From Octopus vulgaris (Eukaryota), in NCBI GenBank assembly GCA_951406725.2, contig OX597820.1:26350001-26414000 (forward strand): a DNA stretch of 64,000 nucleotides. The letters run 5' to 3'. The notes below the pieces were generated by a model. The model worked only from the letters and a program-made list of their open reading frames with translations, searched no databases and had not been told where the DNA came from. Each line of letters begins with the position of its first letter. The stretch's first letter is position 1. The translations under genes and the position numbers were made by a program. Below, piece by piece: positions 1 through 11,615 of the stretch.

Positions 1-817
1 TCCACCACCACGTTATTTTGGGTCTTAAGGGGACTTTGCACCAGCCACAGATCTGGTCAGCGGCTTTCAGCAGGTTGTCCCTCAGAAGCGTCCAGTTGTC
101 TTCTACCCCATGCGTAGCTATACTCCCTTCCATTTCGTCTAAAGCTTCAAATAACATATCTCTAAATCTCTGTCCATTCGCAGGGTCTTTAAGCTTCCAG
201 ACCCTTCTTCTCCATGTTGGTCGTCTTCTAGTCGCCCTCTTAGTCCTGATCCTAAAGTCACTAACTACCAGTCTATGTTGTGGGGTGCATTCTTCACTTG
301 GGAAGGTTTTGGCATTTATAAGCAGCCATCTTTCCCTTTTTCTGGCAAGGATGTAGTCGATTTGGCTAGTATGCCGGCCCGATCGGTAGGTGACCAGGTG
401 GCTTGTCGGTTTCCTGAAGTTAGTGTTGCAAATCATAAGACTATTCGCATCGCAGAACTCCAGCAGCCTGGTTCCCTCCTCGTTGCGGGAACCATAACCG
501 TAGCCTCCATGCACGCCATGGAAGCCCCCAGCACGTCGTCCAACATGCCCATTGAAGTCACCAGCCACAAAGAGAAGGTCCCTGTCGTTCGTCAATGATG
601 TGGTCTGCAGTAGGGTGTCATAGAAACAGTCTTTCTGTCCATCAGGTAGCCCTGGCTGAGGGGCATAGGCCGATATAATAGTTGCTAAACTATGGTGGAG
701 CACTAATCTAATCTTAATTATTCTGTCACTTACTCTGACTACCTCGATTACCTTATCTACCCATTTTTCGGCGATAAGCATGCCCACACCCCCGACTCCG
801 TCAGTATTCCCAGCCCA
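1..817 (-). mobile_element. RTE-clade LINE, 5'-truncated; stop-free apurinic endonuclease region continuing beyond the window edge
   Basis: Manual translation: WAGNTDGVGGVGMLIAEK...IISAYAPQ...VAGDFNGHVG...QIDYIL...QHRLVVSDF...KAADQICG...KITWWW. These are APE-domain motifs followed by the RTE linker. About 270 codons have no stop and the frame stays open up to an ATG at 928. It is absent from the ORF track because it has no stop inside the window. Confidence 0.93.
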
Positions 818-876
818 AGGCAGACCCCACACTGAAAGGCAGACACACTGAAAGGCAGACACACTGAAAGGCAGAT
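818..876. repeat. About three copies of a 16-bp unit (CACACTGAAAGGCAGA) at the LINE 5' junction
   Basis: Direct repeats read from the sequence. Confidence 0.9.
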
Positions 877-1930
877 CTGGCGAGATAGTTGAATTGCTTG
901 AACGGAGGTGGGTTGATATATGCTGCATTCAAGAAGTGAGGTGGAGAGGAGGTTCTGCTAGGTTCCTCACATATATATATATATACCTTGATTTGTTTAT
1001 TATTCATGTGGTCCTATATAACATTATTTTGCTTCACATTGTTCTAAATTATCGTGTCTATGATTCCTGATTACCCATTTATATTTTTGAATAACCAAGC
1101 TGTGTTGGTAAAATATCTTTATTTGCATTTTTCAGAACAAGGTAAGTTAATATTTTTCTGAGCATTGTCAACTGAGCAGTCAGGTAAGTTATGCCTGATG
1201 AGCCTTCAGAAATGTAAAACTAGTCAGCTGATTCTCACTCTCTTCTGCTGAGCTCATGTTGTCTATCAACAGGTTATATTTCGATAACGAGACTATAAGT
1301 TTAATAATAGATTATATGTAACTTCCGTATGCACACTCGAATACATGTACTTATACATATAGGGCTTTTCAACTCAGTAATTTACATGCAAATATTTATA
1401 GCTTTATGTGTGTGCTTTGAGATATTTCCAAAAATGAATTCTACATACATACATACGCACACACACACACACACTCACACATACACGCACACGCACATGC
1501 ATATGTATATATAGATGTATGTATGTATATATATATATATATATATATTATATAATTAAAAATTAAGGGTGCTGCAAGCAGCATCAGCACGCTAAAAATA
1601 GCAGCCAGAAGATGACTACAGATTTTCACTGATACACATTGATTGCATACCACTTGATATTAGTGTAAACAATAATACTCTTATATATATATATATATCA
1701 TCATCATCATCATCGTTTAATGTCTGCTTTCTATGCTAGCATGGTTGGATGATTTGACTGAGGACTGGTGAAGCAGATGGCTGCACCAGGCTCCAATCTT
1801 GATCTGGCAGAGTTTCTACAGCTTGATGCCCTTCCTAACGCCAACCACTCTGGGAGTGTAGTAGTTGCTTTTATATATATAACAGGTAATGTTAATCACC
1901 TCATCACAGCAGCTGTTCCCTGTTACTACT

Positions 1931-2446
1931 AATTTAACCCCTGGCAGATCTCCCGCCAGCTGGTTATCAGTGCAGTGCTGCACCCCATATATTGCTAGCA
2001 TGGAGAGCGAATCCCTGCCATCCTCTAGCAGACCACAGGATCATGAGACTGACTCAGTTTCAAGGTGGTTGGCTCATCCTCAGTTGTGAGCACCTGGCTA
2101 CCAGAGCGATAGCCAGGATCTGCTCCAGCCAGCAATATATTGTGAACAAAGTGACCATTGGTCACTGATTTGCAACAAGCAAAATAGCTAGTCAAAAAAT
2201 CTCAAGAAGACATCAGAGTAATAACTAAACTAATGAGTAAAAGCTAATTGCCACATCAAAGTGGCTATTCCATGTTATTATTAGATGTTCTTAACTGGGA
2301 ATGAGCCAACCAGCTTGAAATTGAATCAGTCTCGTGATCTTGTTGCTTGCTAGAGGATGGTAGGAGTTCACTCCCCCTGCTAGCAATATATAAGGTGCAG
2401 CACTGCACCAATAACCAGTTGGCAGAAGATCTGCCTCAGGTTAAAC
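1931..2446. mobile_element. Foldback/MITE-like element with ~155-bp imperfect inverted arms
   Basis: 1931-2085 is the reverse complement of 2293-2446 (e.g. GTGCAGTGCTGCACC / GGTGCAGCACTGCAC; GGTTGGCTCAT / ATGAGCCAACC). Confidence 0.85.
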
Positions 2447-3934
2447 TAAGCATTTTGCTTGGTGTGCTAACAATTTTTCCAGCTCACCACCTCAAAGCCA
2501 GAAAAAAATACTGCTAAGCACTTTGTCTGGCATCAAACAATCCAACTAGTTCACCACCCTGACAGACAGATTGCTAATACTAAATATATTTATTGGATCG
2601 ATTAATATCAAGAAATTAAAAAAAGAAGTCAAACATATTAATATAAGAATAGCTCAGATAAAAACTAAGAAAAAGAGATATCGAAGTATTGAAGAACCAT
2701 ATTGCATTGAAAACATCTTCACTTCTGGTTTGTGAAAAATAAATTGGCTTCATTTTTGATATCTCAACATCAAAAACAATTTTCTTTTAATGTCAGAGCA
2801 ACTTAGATGCTGTCTTTGGAGTCTGACGGATTTGTTCTTTGTTTTTAAAATAACAAGGGTTATTATGGAGAAATAAGACAGTTGACAAGAATTAATATGG
2901 ATCAATTTCTAAGTTCACAGGCATTAGCATAGAGAAATAAAAAACTTACTGACATAAGAATGACATAAATAAAATTGATAATAAAAAAAAGATTAAAAAA
3001 CTGAAGAATTTCGTTCAAAACAACTCTACTAAAAATTATTGGAAAAAAAATCCCCTCAAAAACATTGTTATTTCATTTTTGAAAAAGTTATTTCTAACAT
3101 CATGGTGATGATAATGATGATGAAGACAATAAAAAAACAACTGTCATCCATAAACAAGTATGATTTGGTATCATGTACCATGGAACCAGTAATGTTTTAG
3201 GTAACTTATGTAGTCATGAGTAGTTGTGAGTGTAGCGCTGATGCAGTCTCTTTCTCTCCCCCTCTTCATCCCAGTGGCACATGGAGGATATGAGAGCTGG
3301 AGAAAGAGAGACAGAGAGAGAAAAAGGCTGAGGCTGCATCAGCGCTAGGCTGGTCCTCATTTTTAGGTGAATAGATTTGAGCAATGTTAAATGATGTGCC
3401 TTGCTTAAGGATACAATTGCACCACCCAGTCCAACAAGTTATCAAGCAAAATCTTCCCTTCTTTTGACTGAAGAAATCAAAAGCAGCAGTCTTGTTTCTT
3501 TCCAAATTCTACCTTTTAACAACCATTTCTAACTTCTCAAAGTATTCTCCCAGTTCATACGAAAGATGTGAATGTAAATTTTCAAAGTATTTTGTTGCAT
3601 TTTACCTTTTTACTTGTTTCAGTCATTGGGCTATGGGCATGTTGGGCTGCTGCCTTGAAGGGCTCAGCTGAACAAAGCAACTCCAGTACTTATTCCCAAG
3701 TCTTGTACTTATTCTGTCAGTCTTTTTTGCCAAACTGCTAAGTTACAGGGAAATATAGAAACCAACACTAGTTGTCAAGGAATGGAGGGTGGGTCAAACG
3801 CAAATACAGAGACACATAGTGATGAGTGCCACATCATTCCACATCATGCCACATCTTCCATGTGGCATGATGCTTGAACAACTGTGAAGATCTCTTCACA
3901 TGAAACCATTGGTTACCTTGCTAACTCATAAGTA

Positions 3935-3977
<43 letters not shown>

Positions 3978-4160
3978 GTGCATGTGTTGTGTGTGTGCAT
4001 GTGTGTGTGTGTGTGTATATAAATTTATATAAATAAGGATAAGATCGTTATTTAAATATCGAACTTATCAAGTGGCCAGCATGGGAATAAAAACCTTCAA
4101 AGGTAATAACTATTATTAAAATTATAATTTAAGGTATCTCTTAGATACCCTAAATTATAA

Positions 4161-4208
<48 letters not shown>

Positions 4209-4211
<3 letters not shown>

Positions 4212-4882
4212 TACTGTTAACAAAAGTCAGGATGCGTAGCATTCAGCTACTCAATAAATGAAAAATGCATTAAATACTAAAAAAAGTACACAAAGTACAG
4301 ACACAGAAGGATCCTAATTTTTCATCATTTATCAACTGAAATTCTAGTACACAGTTTCATGCCTTTAACGATAAGACTGAGAACTTTGCATATTGGGAGC
4401 ACCTGCAAAATTTGCAGAGAATTTGGACTTCAGCAAACAAAACAATACAGAGTGGACATATGAAGGAAAACAAATGTAATTTGAAATGATTGACAAAGAA
4501 CAGAATAAACATGGCTTTTGGCCAAACATGAGCATGATGGGTAATACCTGGAAGCAATCTTGAATGGAGATATCATTCTCATGTTTGGCAGAAAGGCCGT
4601 ATTTATTCCCCCTTCGTCAATCGTTTCAAATTACATTTGTATTCTTTCATATGTCCACTCTGTATTGTTTTGCTTGCTTGAGCCCTAATTCTCTGCAAAT
4701 TTTGCAGATGCCACCAATATGCAAAGTTCTCAGTCTTATCGTTAAAGGCATGAAACTGTGTATTAGCATTTCGGTCGATAACTGATGAAGAATTAGGGTC
4801 CTTCTGCGTTTGTCCTATGCTTACGTTTTTTAGTATTTATTGATTTTTCATTTATTAGCATGGACTTTGTCAGTGAACAGGT
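4209..4882. repeat. Long imperfect palindrome (~330-bp arms, short loop) within an element sitting between (TA)n tracts
   Basis: CACAGTTTCATGCCTTTAACGATAAGACTGAGAACTTTGCATATTGG at ~4350 recurs as its reverse complement at ~4713-4760; the similarity extends across both arms. Confidence 0.92.
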
Positions 4883-5053
4883 CGCGGATTTTAGCGACGA
4901 AAATATTTTGACAAATTAAACTTAAATGTTGAAGTGAATCGAACGGCTTTTGTGTGTTTCTTAAATGGCTTATAAACACCTTCCACGCTGCAATTGTTTT
5001 CATTTCAGCACACGATCTCAGATCAAATTACTTGCTATGCGAGTACATCTCCG

Positions 5054-5113
<60 letters not shown>

Positions 5114-5591
5114 TATATATATATTTATATATATGTATGATGAGTTTCTATCAAATTTACTCACAAAGAATTGGCCTGCTCAGGGCAATAGTAGAAGACA
5201 TTTGCCTAAGATGTCACAGAGTGGAACTGAACCAGATACCATGTGGTTCAAAAACTAGCTTATTAATCACAGTCATGCCTACACCATTATGTGTGTGTGT
5301 GTGTGGTGTGTGTGTGTATGTGTGTGTGTATGTGTGTGTGTGCGTGCGTGTATATACATACATATGTGTTTGCATATATATATATAATATATAAAAGTAA
5401 AATTTATTATAAAATTTATTCTAATATGTGCAAAACAAATACAAATTGAAAGAAACTAACAAAATATGTACATAGAAGTTCAGCATAATGTATATTCATG
5501 CAAAAAATTGTTTGACACACTATTCATAAATAAATTTAAATTATAAAATGTAAAAAAAAAAAATGTAAAAAATTAACTTGTTTTTAAATAG

Positions 5592-5909
5592 CTGTCAGAC
5601 TGGATGAAGTCTTTTCACAAAATGTTTGTTACACTAGAGAAGTCTGGGTATTTATTTTTAATTAATTACACTAATTGTGTGAAAAAAACATTATGAATTT
5701 CTGCTTTTATGTTTCCATTTCTCAATTAATTGTTCTGAGGTTATGAAGGAAAAATGTTTTATTTGGCAGTTTTCTTTCAGAAAATGCTCGGTTAATTTTA
5801 TTTAGGAAAAACCACAAATTTATGATGTAGTAAAATATATAGCTGATGTAATCTTGTATAGTAATCTAGGATAGCAATCATTTAATTTCCATCTAAAAAG
5901 CGAATTCAG
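5592..5909 (+). pseudogene. Two phase-compatible candidate exons (5592-5647, 5781-5909) encoding PH-domain-like peptide, with in-frame TAGs at 5803 and 5872
   Basis: ttttaaatag|CTG..TCTGG|gtattt gives LSDWMKSFHKMFVTLEKSG. ttttctttcag|A..TTCAG|gtaacg gives KCSVNFI*EKPQIYDVVKYIADVILYSNLG*QSFNFHLKSEF. The PH resemblance is by eye only. Confidence 0.35.
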
Positions 5910-6959
5910 GTAACGTGTCACTTCAGTTTTGCAGATACAGTACCTAAAACCCAAAATTTTCCACCTTATGAATAAACCAAACAGGAATGTTATATTTTCT
6001 TTTAAAAAAGGTGTATCTGTGGGTGAAGTGGCAGAATTGTTAACACGTCAGGTGAAATGTTTTGTGGCATTTTATCTGTCTTCGAGTTCTAAGTTCAAAT
6101 TCTACTGAGGTCAACTTTACTTTTCATCCTTTTGGGGTCGACAAAATAGGTACCAATAGAGTACTGGGGTTGATGTAATCGACTTCTCTGAAATTGTCGA
6201 CCTTGTGCCAGAGTTTGAAATCTATATTTCATCTGTCCTTACATTCTGAGTTCAAATTCTGTTGAGGCAGACTTATCATTTCAGGGTCGATAAAATAAGT
6301 ACCAGTTGAGTACTGGGGGCTGATGAAATCAACTTAACTATACCTGGGTATGAGTATAGAAAACTGCATCCTTCTGTCAACCCATGTTGAGCCAATGTGG
6401 CAGAGAAGGCTCATCAAACCGGGATGATCTCAAGTTCAAATACATAGTCTCTAACATCAGACTGTGATTGGTGGAGAGAACATGCTGAGGCCTTTGTCCA
6501 GTTGTGGACTGAACGTAGGCAGTCCAATCCAATCTAATCCAATCTGTTGGGTATCATAGGCTTAACATTCACAACTTTTAATTACAGATTAGATTTACCA
6601 GTAATCAAACTCATGGCCATATGATCATGAGCTGAACACCCTAGCCACTAAGCTATGCCCCTCCATATATACATAGACACACAGACACACACACATACAC
6701 ACACACACACAGACACACACACATTAGTTAGTCATCCATAGATCAGTGAAAATGTACACTCTAAAAGAGATTTTGAGATCTTATACTCTAATATTGTTGA
6801 GTAGAATATTCCTGGTCATGGCATGTAAACTGTCAGAAATCTACCATTAGCTTTGTATCTACTATTGCACTTAGGTCATCAAGTACAATAGTTGACATGA
6901 AACCAATGGTAACTAGCTGAGCAGTTCGAAGCCATAACCAGAAATATACTACTTGACAA

Positions 6960-7264
6960 TATCACCGTGACTGACCAGGCTATCAGATATTGCTACATAT
7001 TGCTGGTCACAATGTGCTTTTCAATGTTTTAGCCTTCAAATGCAGCCACCCCGCTGGCTAAGCGAGCAGGCCAACAGAGGAAACAGTGAGAGAAAGTTGT
7101 GGCAAAAGAGTACAGCAGGGATCGCCGCCATCCCCATCTGGAGCCTCATGGAGCTTTAGATGTTTTTGCTCAATAAACACTCACAACGTCCGGTCTGGGA
7201 ATTGAAACCGCAATCCTATGACCGCAAGTCTGCTGCCCTAACCACTGGGCCATTGCGCCTCCAC
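6960..7264 (-). mobile_element. tRNA(Arg)-like-headed SINE (family R here)
   Basis: Reverse complement of the copies at 12706 and 27882; head GGAGGCGCAATGGCCCAGTGGTTAGGGCAG with A- and B-box-like motifs. Confidence 0.88.
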
Positions 7265-7370
7265 TCGGCAATATATAAGTATATATATAAGTATTTATAT
7301 ATTCGTTTGTAGAAATACATAAATCTGGAGAAGCACAATCTAAAATGTAGAACGGTTAATATCATAGTCA

Positions 7371-7532
7371 GGTTTATGGGATTACCCTGGATTTTTCGCT
7401 CATAAGAGGAATAGCCTTACCGCGTATTGTCAGACCCCAAACACTATTCAGGTTAGCAGTGTTTGGGGTCTGATGATACACTGTAAGGCTATACCCCGTA
7501 TGAGTGAGAAACCCAGGGTAACCTCATAAACC
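7371..7532. repeat. Hairpin element, ~73-bp arms, 12-nt loop
   Basis: TCAGACCCCAAACACT ... AGTGTTTGGGGTCTGA, with complementarity continuing out to GGTTTATG / CATAAACC. Confidence 0.88.
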
Positions 7533-7555
7533 GGCCTACCCTACTATAATATAAG

Positions 7556-7586
<31 letters not shown>

Positions 7587-8789
7587 ATATATATATACAT
7601 ATACATACATATATATACATATACATACATATATGTATATAGGTGTGTGTTTGTATTGTTTTGATATTATATATTTTATGAGTTCATAATCAGCTGATTC
7701 TCAGCTTTAAAAAGTTATGGACAAAACAAAATAAAAATAAGAATCTCTTTTTATCGACAATATTGGTACTGCATTATTTATCTTTGTTTATATATGAAAA
7801 TATAAATGTTGTAGATTTAAATAGTTTTGAATAAAAAAAAAAAAATTATTATTACTCTCTAAAATTTTCACATCTCACTGGACATAAAACTGTATATGAA
7901 ATACAGTTCTGCTGTCATGACAATAGTCTTATGTGTAAATAAAAATCAATAAAGAAGCATAAACTGGTTGTTTTGCAAACATTTTGAATAATGTAGTATA
8001 CATGTTACAAAATAAGATGGAAATACATAGACAAAAATACCAGCACAAAGTATTGAGGAATAAAATTACCTCTTCTTTTTATTGTTTAAAATATAGATTG
8101 CAGCTCTTACTGCAAGGTACCATGAGTAAATATCTCCTGCTGTAACACTAAGCCAACCAAAGCCTTGTGTGTGGATTGTTTGTTCTTTCTTGAGCCATGC
8201 TTGGCTCATAAGGGCCGGTTTCCCAGTTTCCTTGGCGTATAGGTTCCCCACCTGGACAGGACACCTGTCCGTTGCAGGTGAGCTGCAAGATGCAGGAGGA
8301 AAGAGTGAGAGAAAGTTGTGGTGAAAGAGTCAGCAGAAGTTCGCCATTACCTTCTGTCGGAGCTGCATGGAGCTTAGGTGTTTCCATCATAAAACACAAG
8401 TTGCCCAGTCTGAGATTCGAACCCGTGATTCCTTGACTGCGAGTCCGCTGCTCTGAGCACTAGGCCATGTACTTCCACTGTGTGTGGATTAGGTAGACAG
8501 AAATTGAAAGAAAGTTGTCATATATGTATATATATATATATATATATATGAATGTGTGGTGTGTGTATGTGTGTGTGTGTATGTGTCTCCTTGTTTTGAT
8601 ATTGTGTAAAGTTGTATATGAGAGTCATAGCAGTCTCATTTATCTCCAATATTCTGTGAAAACATGTCTGGCCATGAGGAAATATTACCTCTGCTTGCAA
8701 ACAAGTGAGGGTTGGTGACAGATAGGGCATCAGGCCATAGAAAATTGGCTTCAATAAATGGACCTTTTCTGTTTGGCTTTCACTTTTCA

Positions 8790-9177
8790 ATTTCCGTGAG
8801 TCATCAGAGGATGTGCAGATTAGTTATGGTTCAGTGCAGTCCATTATCACTGAAGATTTTGGTATGAGACGCATGTCTGCCAAGTTTGTGCTAAAACTGC
8901 TTTCAGCTGAGCAAAAAGACACTCGGGTTTCAGTTGTACAAGATCTCCTTGACTATGTCAAGATTCTCTGTTCAACTTTCCCTGTCATGGTTAATGCGAC
9001 GATCACACACCTTCCTTCCAAGTATTGCTGTAAACAGGGAAATCAAGCTAGAACATTAAAACTTAGTGCACATGCACAGCAGAGTTCAAGGTCAATCTGT
9101 GCCTAGCGGCTTCACTTTGCGTGCTTTAGCTTTGTTACTATGGCAACAGTCCGGATACTTATTGAGCAGACCACGTA
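8790..9177 (+). mobile_element. Internally deleted mariner remnant
   Basis: ORF 8813-9106 begins ISYGSVQSIITEDFGMRRMSAKFVLKLLSAEQK, matching the mariner HTH/WVPxxL linker. It ends in a TIR-like CAGTCCGGATACTTATTGAGCAGACCACG followed by TA. Confidence 0.85.
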
Positions 9178-9297
9178 TATATATATATGTGTGTATATAT
9201 ATATATGATTATAATCACCCCATTTTGAATTATATGGATAATACCATACAAAATTCTGGTGCCTTTAACTTAAGTACCATATTCATCTGAATCTATA

Positions 9298-9815
9298 TAC
9301 CGTAAATCCTCAAGTATAATCCTCATTTTTTCCCAAAATTTTAAGGTCAAAATCCCTAGTGTGTACTACATATGAGGTTAAAAATGAAGAATATTTTCTA
9401 AGCAATGTCTGAGTTTCTATTTGCTGTCCGGCAATGTTTATTCAGACGCATTTTGTGATGTCGGGCGCGAAAATACCTTAAGTTAAGCCTGAAAGCAATG
9501 AAGTCATAAAAGAATCATCCATAACTTGCAGTAAGCAACATTTATTAAATGTTATTACTGTAATTTCTTTATTTTCTGCAAACAAAATGCACAAAAAAGC
9601 TACACGTTTGCATTATGTTAATATATACAATAATAATAAAGGACGTTACCGTATACATTTTTACAAACCAAGCATATTATATAGACCTCCTTGACTCAAG
9701 TTAGAGAAGGGGTGCATATTATACACAAGGTTTAGGTTTTTCAGAGGTACAGCCCCCTAAAACTCCCCTGCATATTATACTCAAGGGCGGACTATACTCG
9801 AGAATTATGATTTAT

Positions 9816-9819
<4 letters not shown>
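9298..9819. mobile_element. Pogo/Tigger-like non-autonomous DNA transposon
   Basis: TIR pair TACCGTAAATCCTCAAGTATAATCC and GGACTATACTCGAG...TTTATGGTA, flanked by TA. Confidence 0.75.
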
Positions 9820-9864
<45 letters not shown>

Positions 9865-10469
9865 GTATAAATATATATATATATATTTATTTATTTTATA
9901 GAAGGAGCTTCTACAGGACTGTAGAAGCTCCTTCTATAAAATAAATTACTTTACTCTGCCATGTATTGAGTACCTTATTTACTGTGGTTAACCCCGACTC
10001 AACCCGGGACCTACATATATATATATATATAATTAGTATTTAGCTAATTAAACGACCTGTTATATTATTATTTCCATTATTACATAAGTGGTGAAAGTAT
10101 CATAGACCATAACAACTAATTGCTTTTGATGTGAACGTCAGAGGAGGGAGAGAGAGAGGACAAAGACAAATGAAGATACTCTGCTACTGTTAATGATATT
10201 ACTAGATTAATTAGATAATTGCTAACACCATAGACAATAATTAAACATGACTTCAATTTAGAGTTTATCCTTCTTCAAATTCCATTATATTATAAGCTGT
10301 TTAATTATAATAATTTATTAAAGTTTATGCAACATAATTCTTTTAGCTTTCATCTCATATTTGTTTCAGTCATTGGTCTTTGGCCATGCTGGGGCAACAC
10401 ATTCAAATGATTTTAGTCAAACAAATTAGCCCCAGTACTTATTTTTTAAAAAACCTGGTGTTTATTCTC

Positions 10470-10708
10470 CTGTGCAGGTGGCACATAAAAAGCACCATTT
10501 GAGCATGGCTGTTGCCAGGACTGCCTGACTGGCCCTCGTGCCGGTGTCATGTAAAAGTACCCACAACACTCTCAGAGTGGTTGGCGTTAGGATGGGCATC
10601 CAGCTGTAGAAACTCTGCCAGATCAGATTGGAGTCTGGTGCAGCCATCTGGTTCGCCAGTTCTCAGTCAAATCGTCCAACCCATGCTAGCATGGAAAGTG
10701 GACGTTAA

Positions 10709-10740
<32 letters not shown>
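10470..10740 (+). mobile_element. RTE 3'-end-derived retroposon (family D here) with (GAT)n tail, inserted into a family A SINE
   Basis: GTGCC-GGT-GGCAC-type units, then GGTTGGCGTTAGGA.GGGCATCCAGCTGTAGAAAC, CCAACCCATGCTAGCATGGAAA and (GAT)n; same layout as 26685, 57070 and 61720. Confidence 0.85.
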
Positions 10741-10741
<1 letters not shown>

Positions 10742-11094
10742 TCTCATATGCCAAACTGCTAAGTTGCAGGGACGTAAACAAACGAATACCAGTTGTTAAG
10801 TGGTAGTGGAGGCAAACACAAACACAAATATATACGCACACATAGATGTAGGCATACACACACATACATTAGATGGGTTTATTTCAGTTTACGGTAACCA
10901 GATCCACTTGCAAGGTTTTGTTTGGCTCAGGGCTATTGTAGAAGACACTTGCCCAAATTGCCATGCGATGGGACTGAACCTTGAACAATGAGGTTGGGAA
11001 GCAAGTGACTTACCACACAACCATGCTTGAATATTTTTCAGTTTTGTTGTAGTTTGTTGGAAGCTAAATACAAAAATAGACAGAAACCCACCAC

Positions 11095-11209
11095 GCTGGA
11101 AATAGCAGCCAAAACTTGACCCTAAAACCACATTAAATGTTCATACAGCACCAAGATATATGAACATTTAATGTGGTTTTAGAGTCAAGTTTTGGCTGCT
11201 ATTTCCAGC
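11095..11209. repeat. Near-perfect palindrome with 51-bp arms
   Basis: GCTGGAAATAGCAGCCAAAACTTGACCCTAAAACCACATTAAATGTTCATA and its reverse complement (one mismatch). Confidence 0.93.
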
Positions 11210-11396
11210 ATTGTAGTATCTCTTAGATACCCTAAATTATAATTTTAATATAATAATTATTACCTTTGAAGGTTTTTATTCCCATGCTGGCCACCTGATA
11301 AGATCGGTATTTAAATAATGATCTTATACTTATTTATATAAACATATATATATAAAGTTGATGAACCACCTATTGATCCCCTCCGTTTTCTTATTG

Positions 11397-11429
<33 letters not shown>

Positions 11430-11432
<3 letters not shown>

Positions 11433-11615
11433 AGAATTCATGAAAAAACAAAAGATGAAGACAGGCGGTGTAGAAAACAAACAGATGTATTTGTATAACG
11501 CTCGGCTATTGAAAAAGTCTTTAACATTTCGAGCCTACACTCTTCTACAGAAAGGAATACAGAAAGAAACAAGGAGAGAAAAAAAATGTGTGTAGTGGCT
11601 ACCGATCTATCATGG
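11430..11615 (-). mobile_element. Short repeat resembling a Penelope-like terminal repeat with a degenerate hammerhead motif
   Basis: Homologous to 55556-55730; minus strand reads CTGTAGAAGAGTGTAGGCTCGAAATGTTA; flanked by (TA)n. Confidence 0.5.

Noticed and set aside
18-598. Plus-strand ORFs of 112 and 107 aa
   Set aside because: Antisense shadows of the RTE endonuclease ORF.
1194-1230. Hammerhead ribozyme at CTGATGAG
   Set aside because: No convincing stem II, GAAA or cleavage triplet geometry follows.
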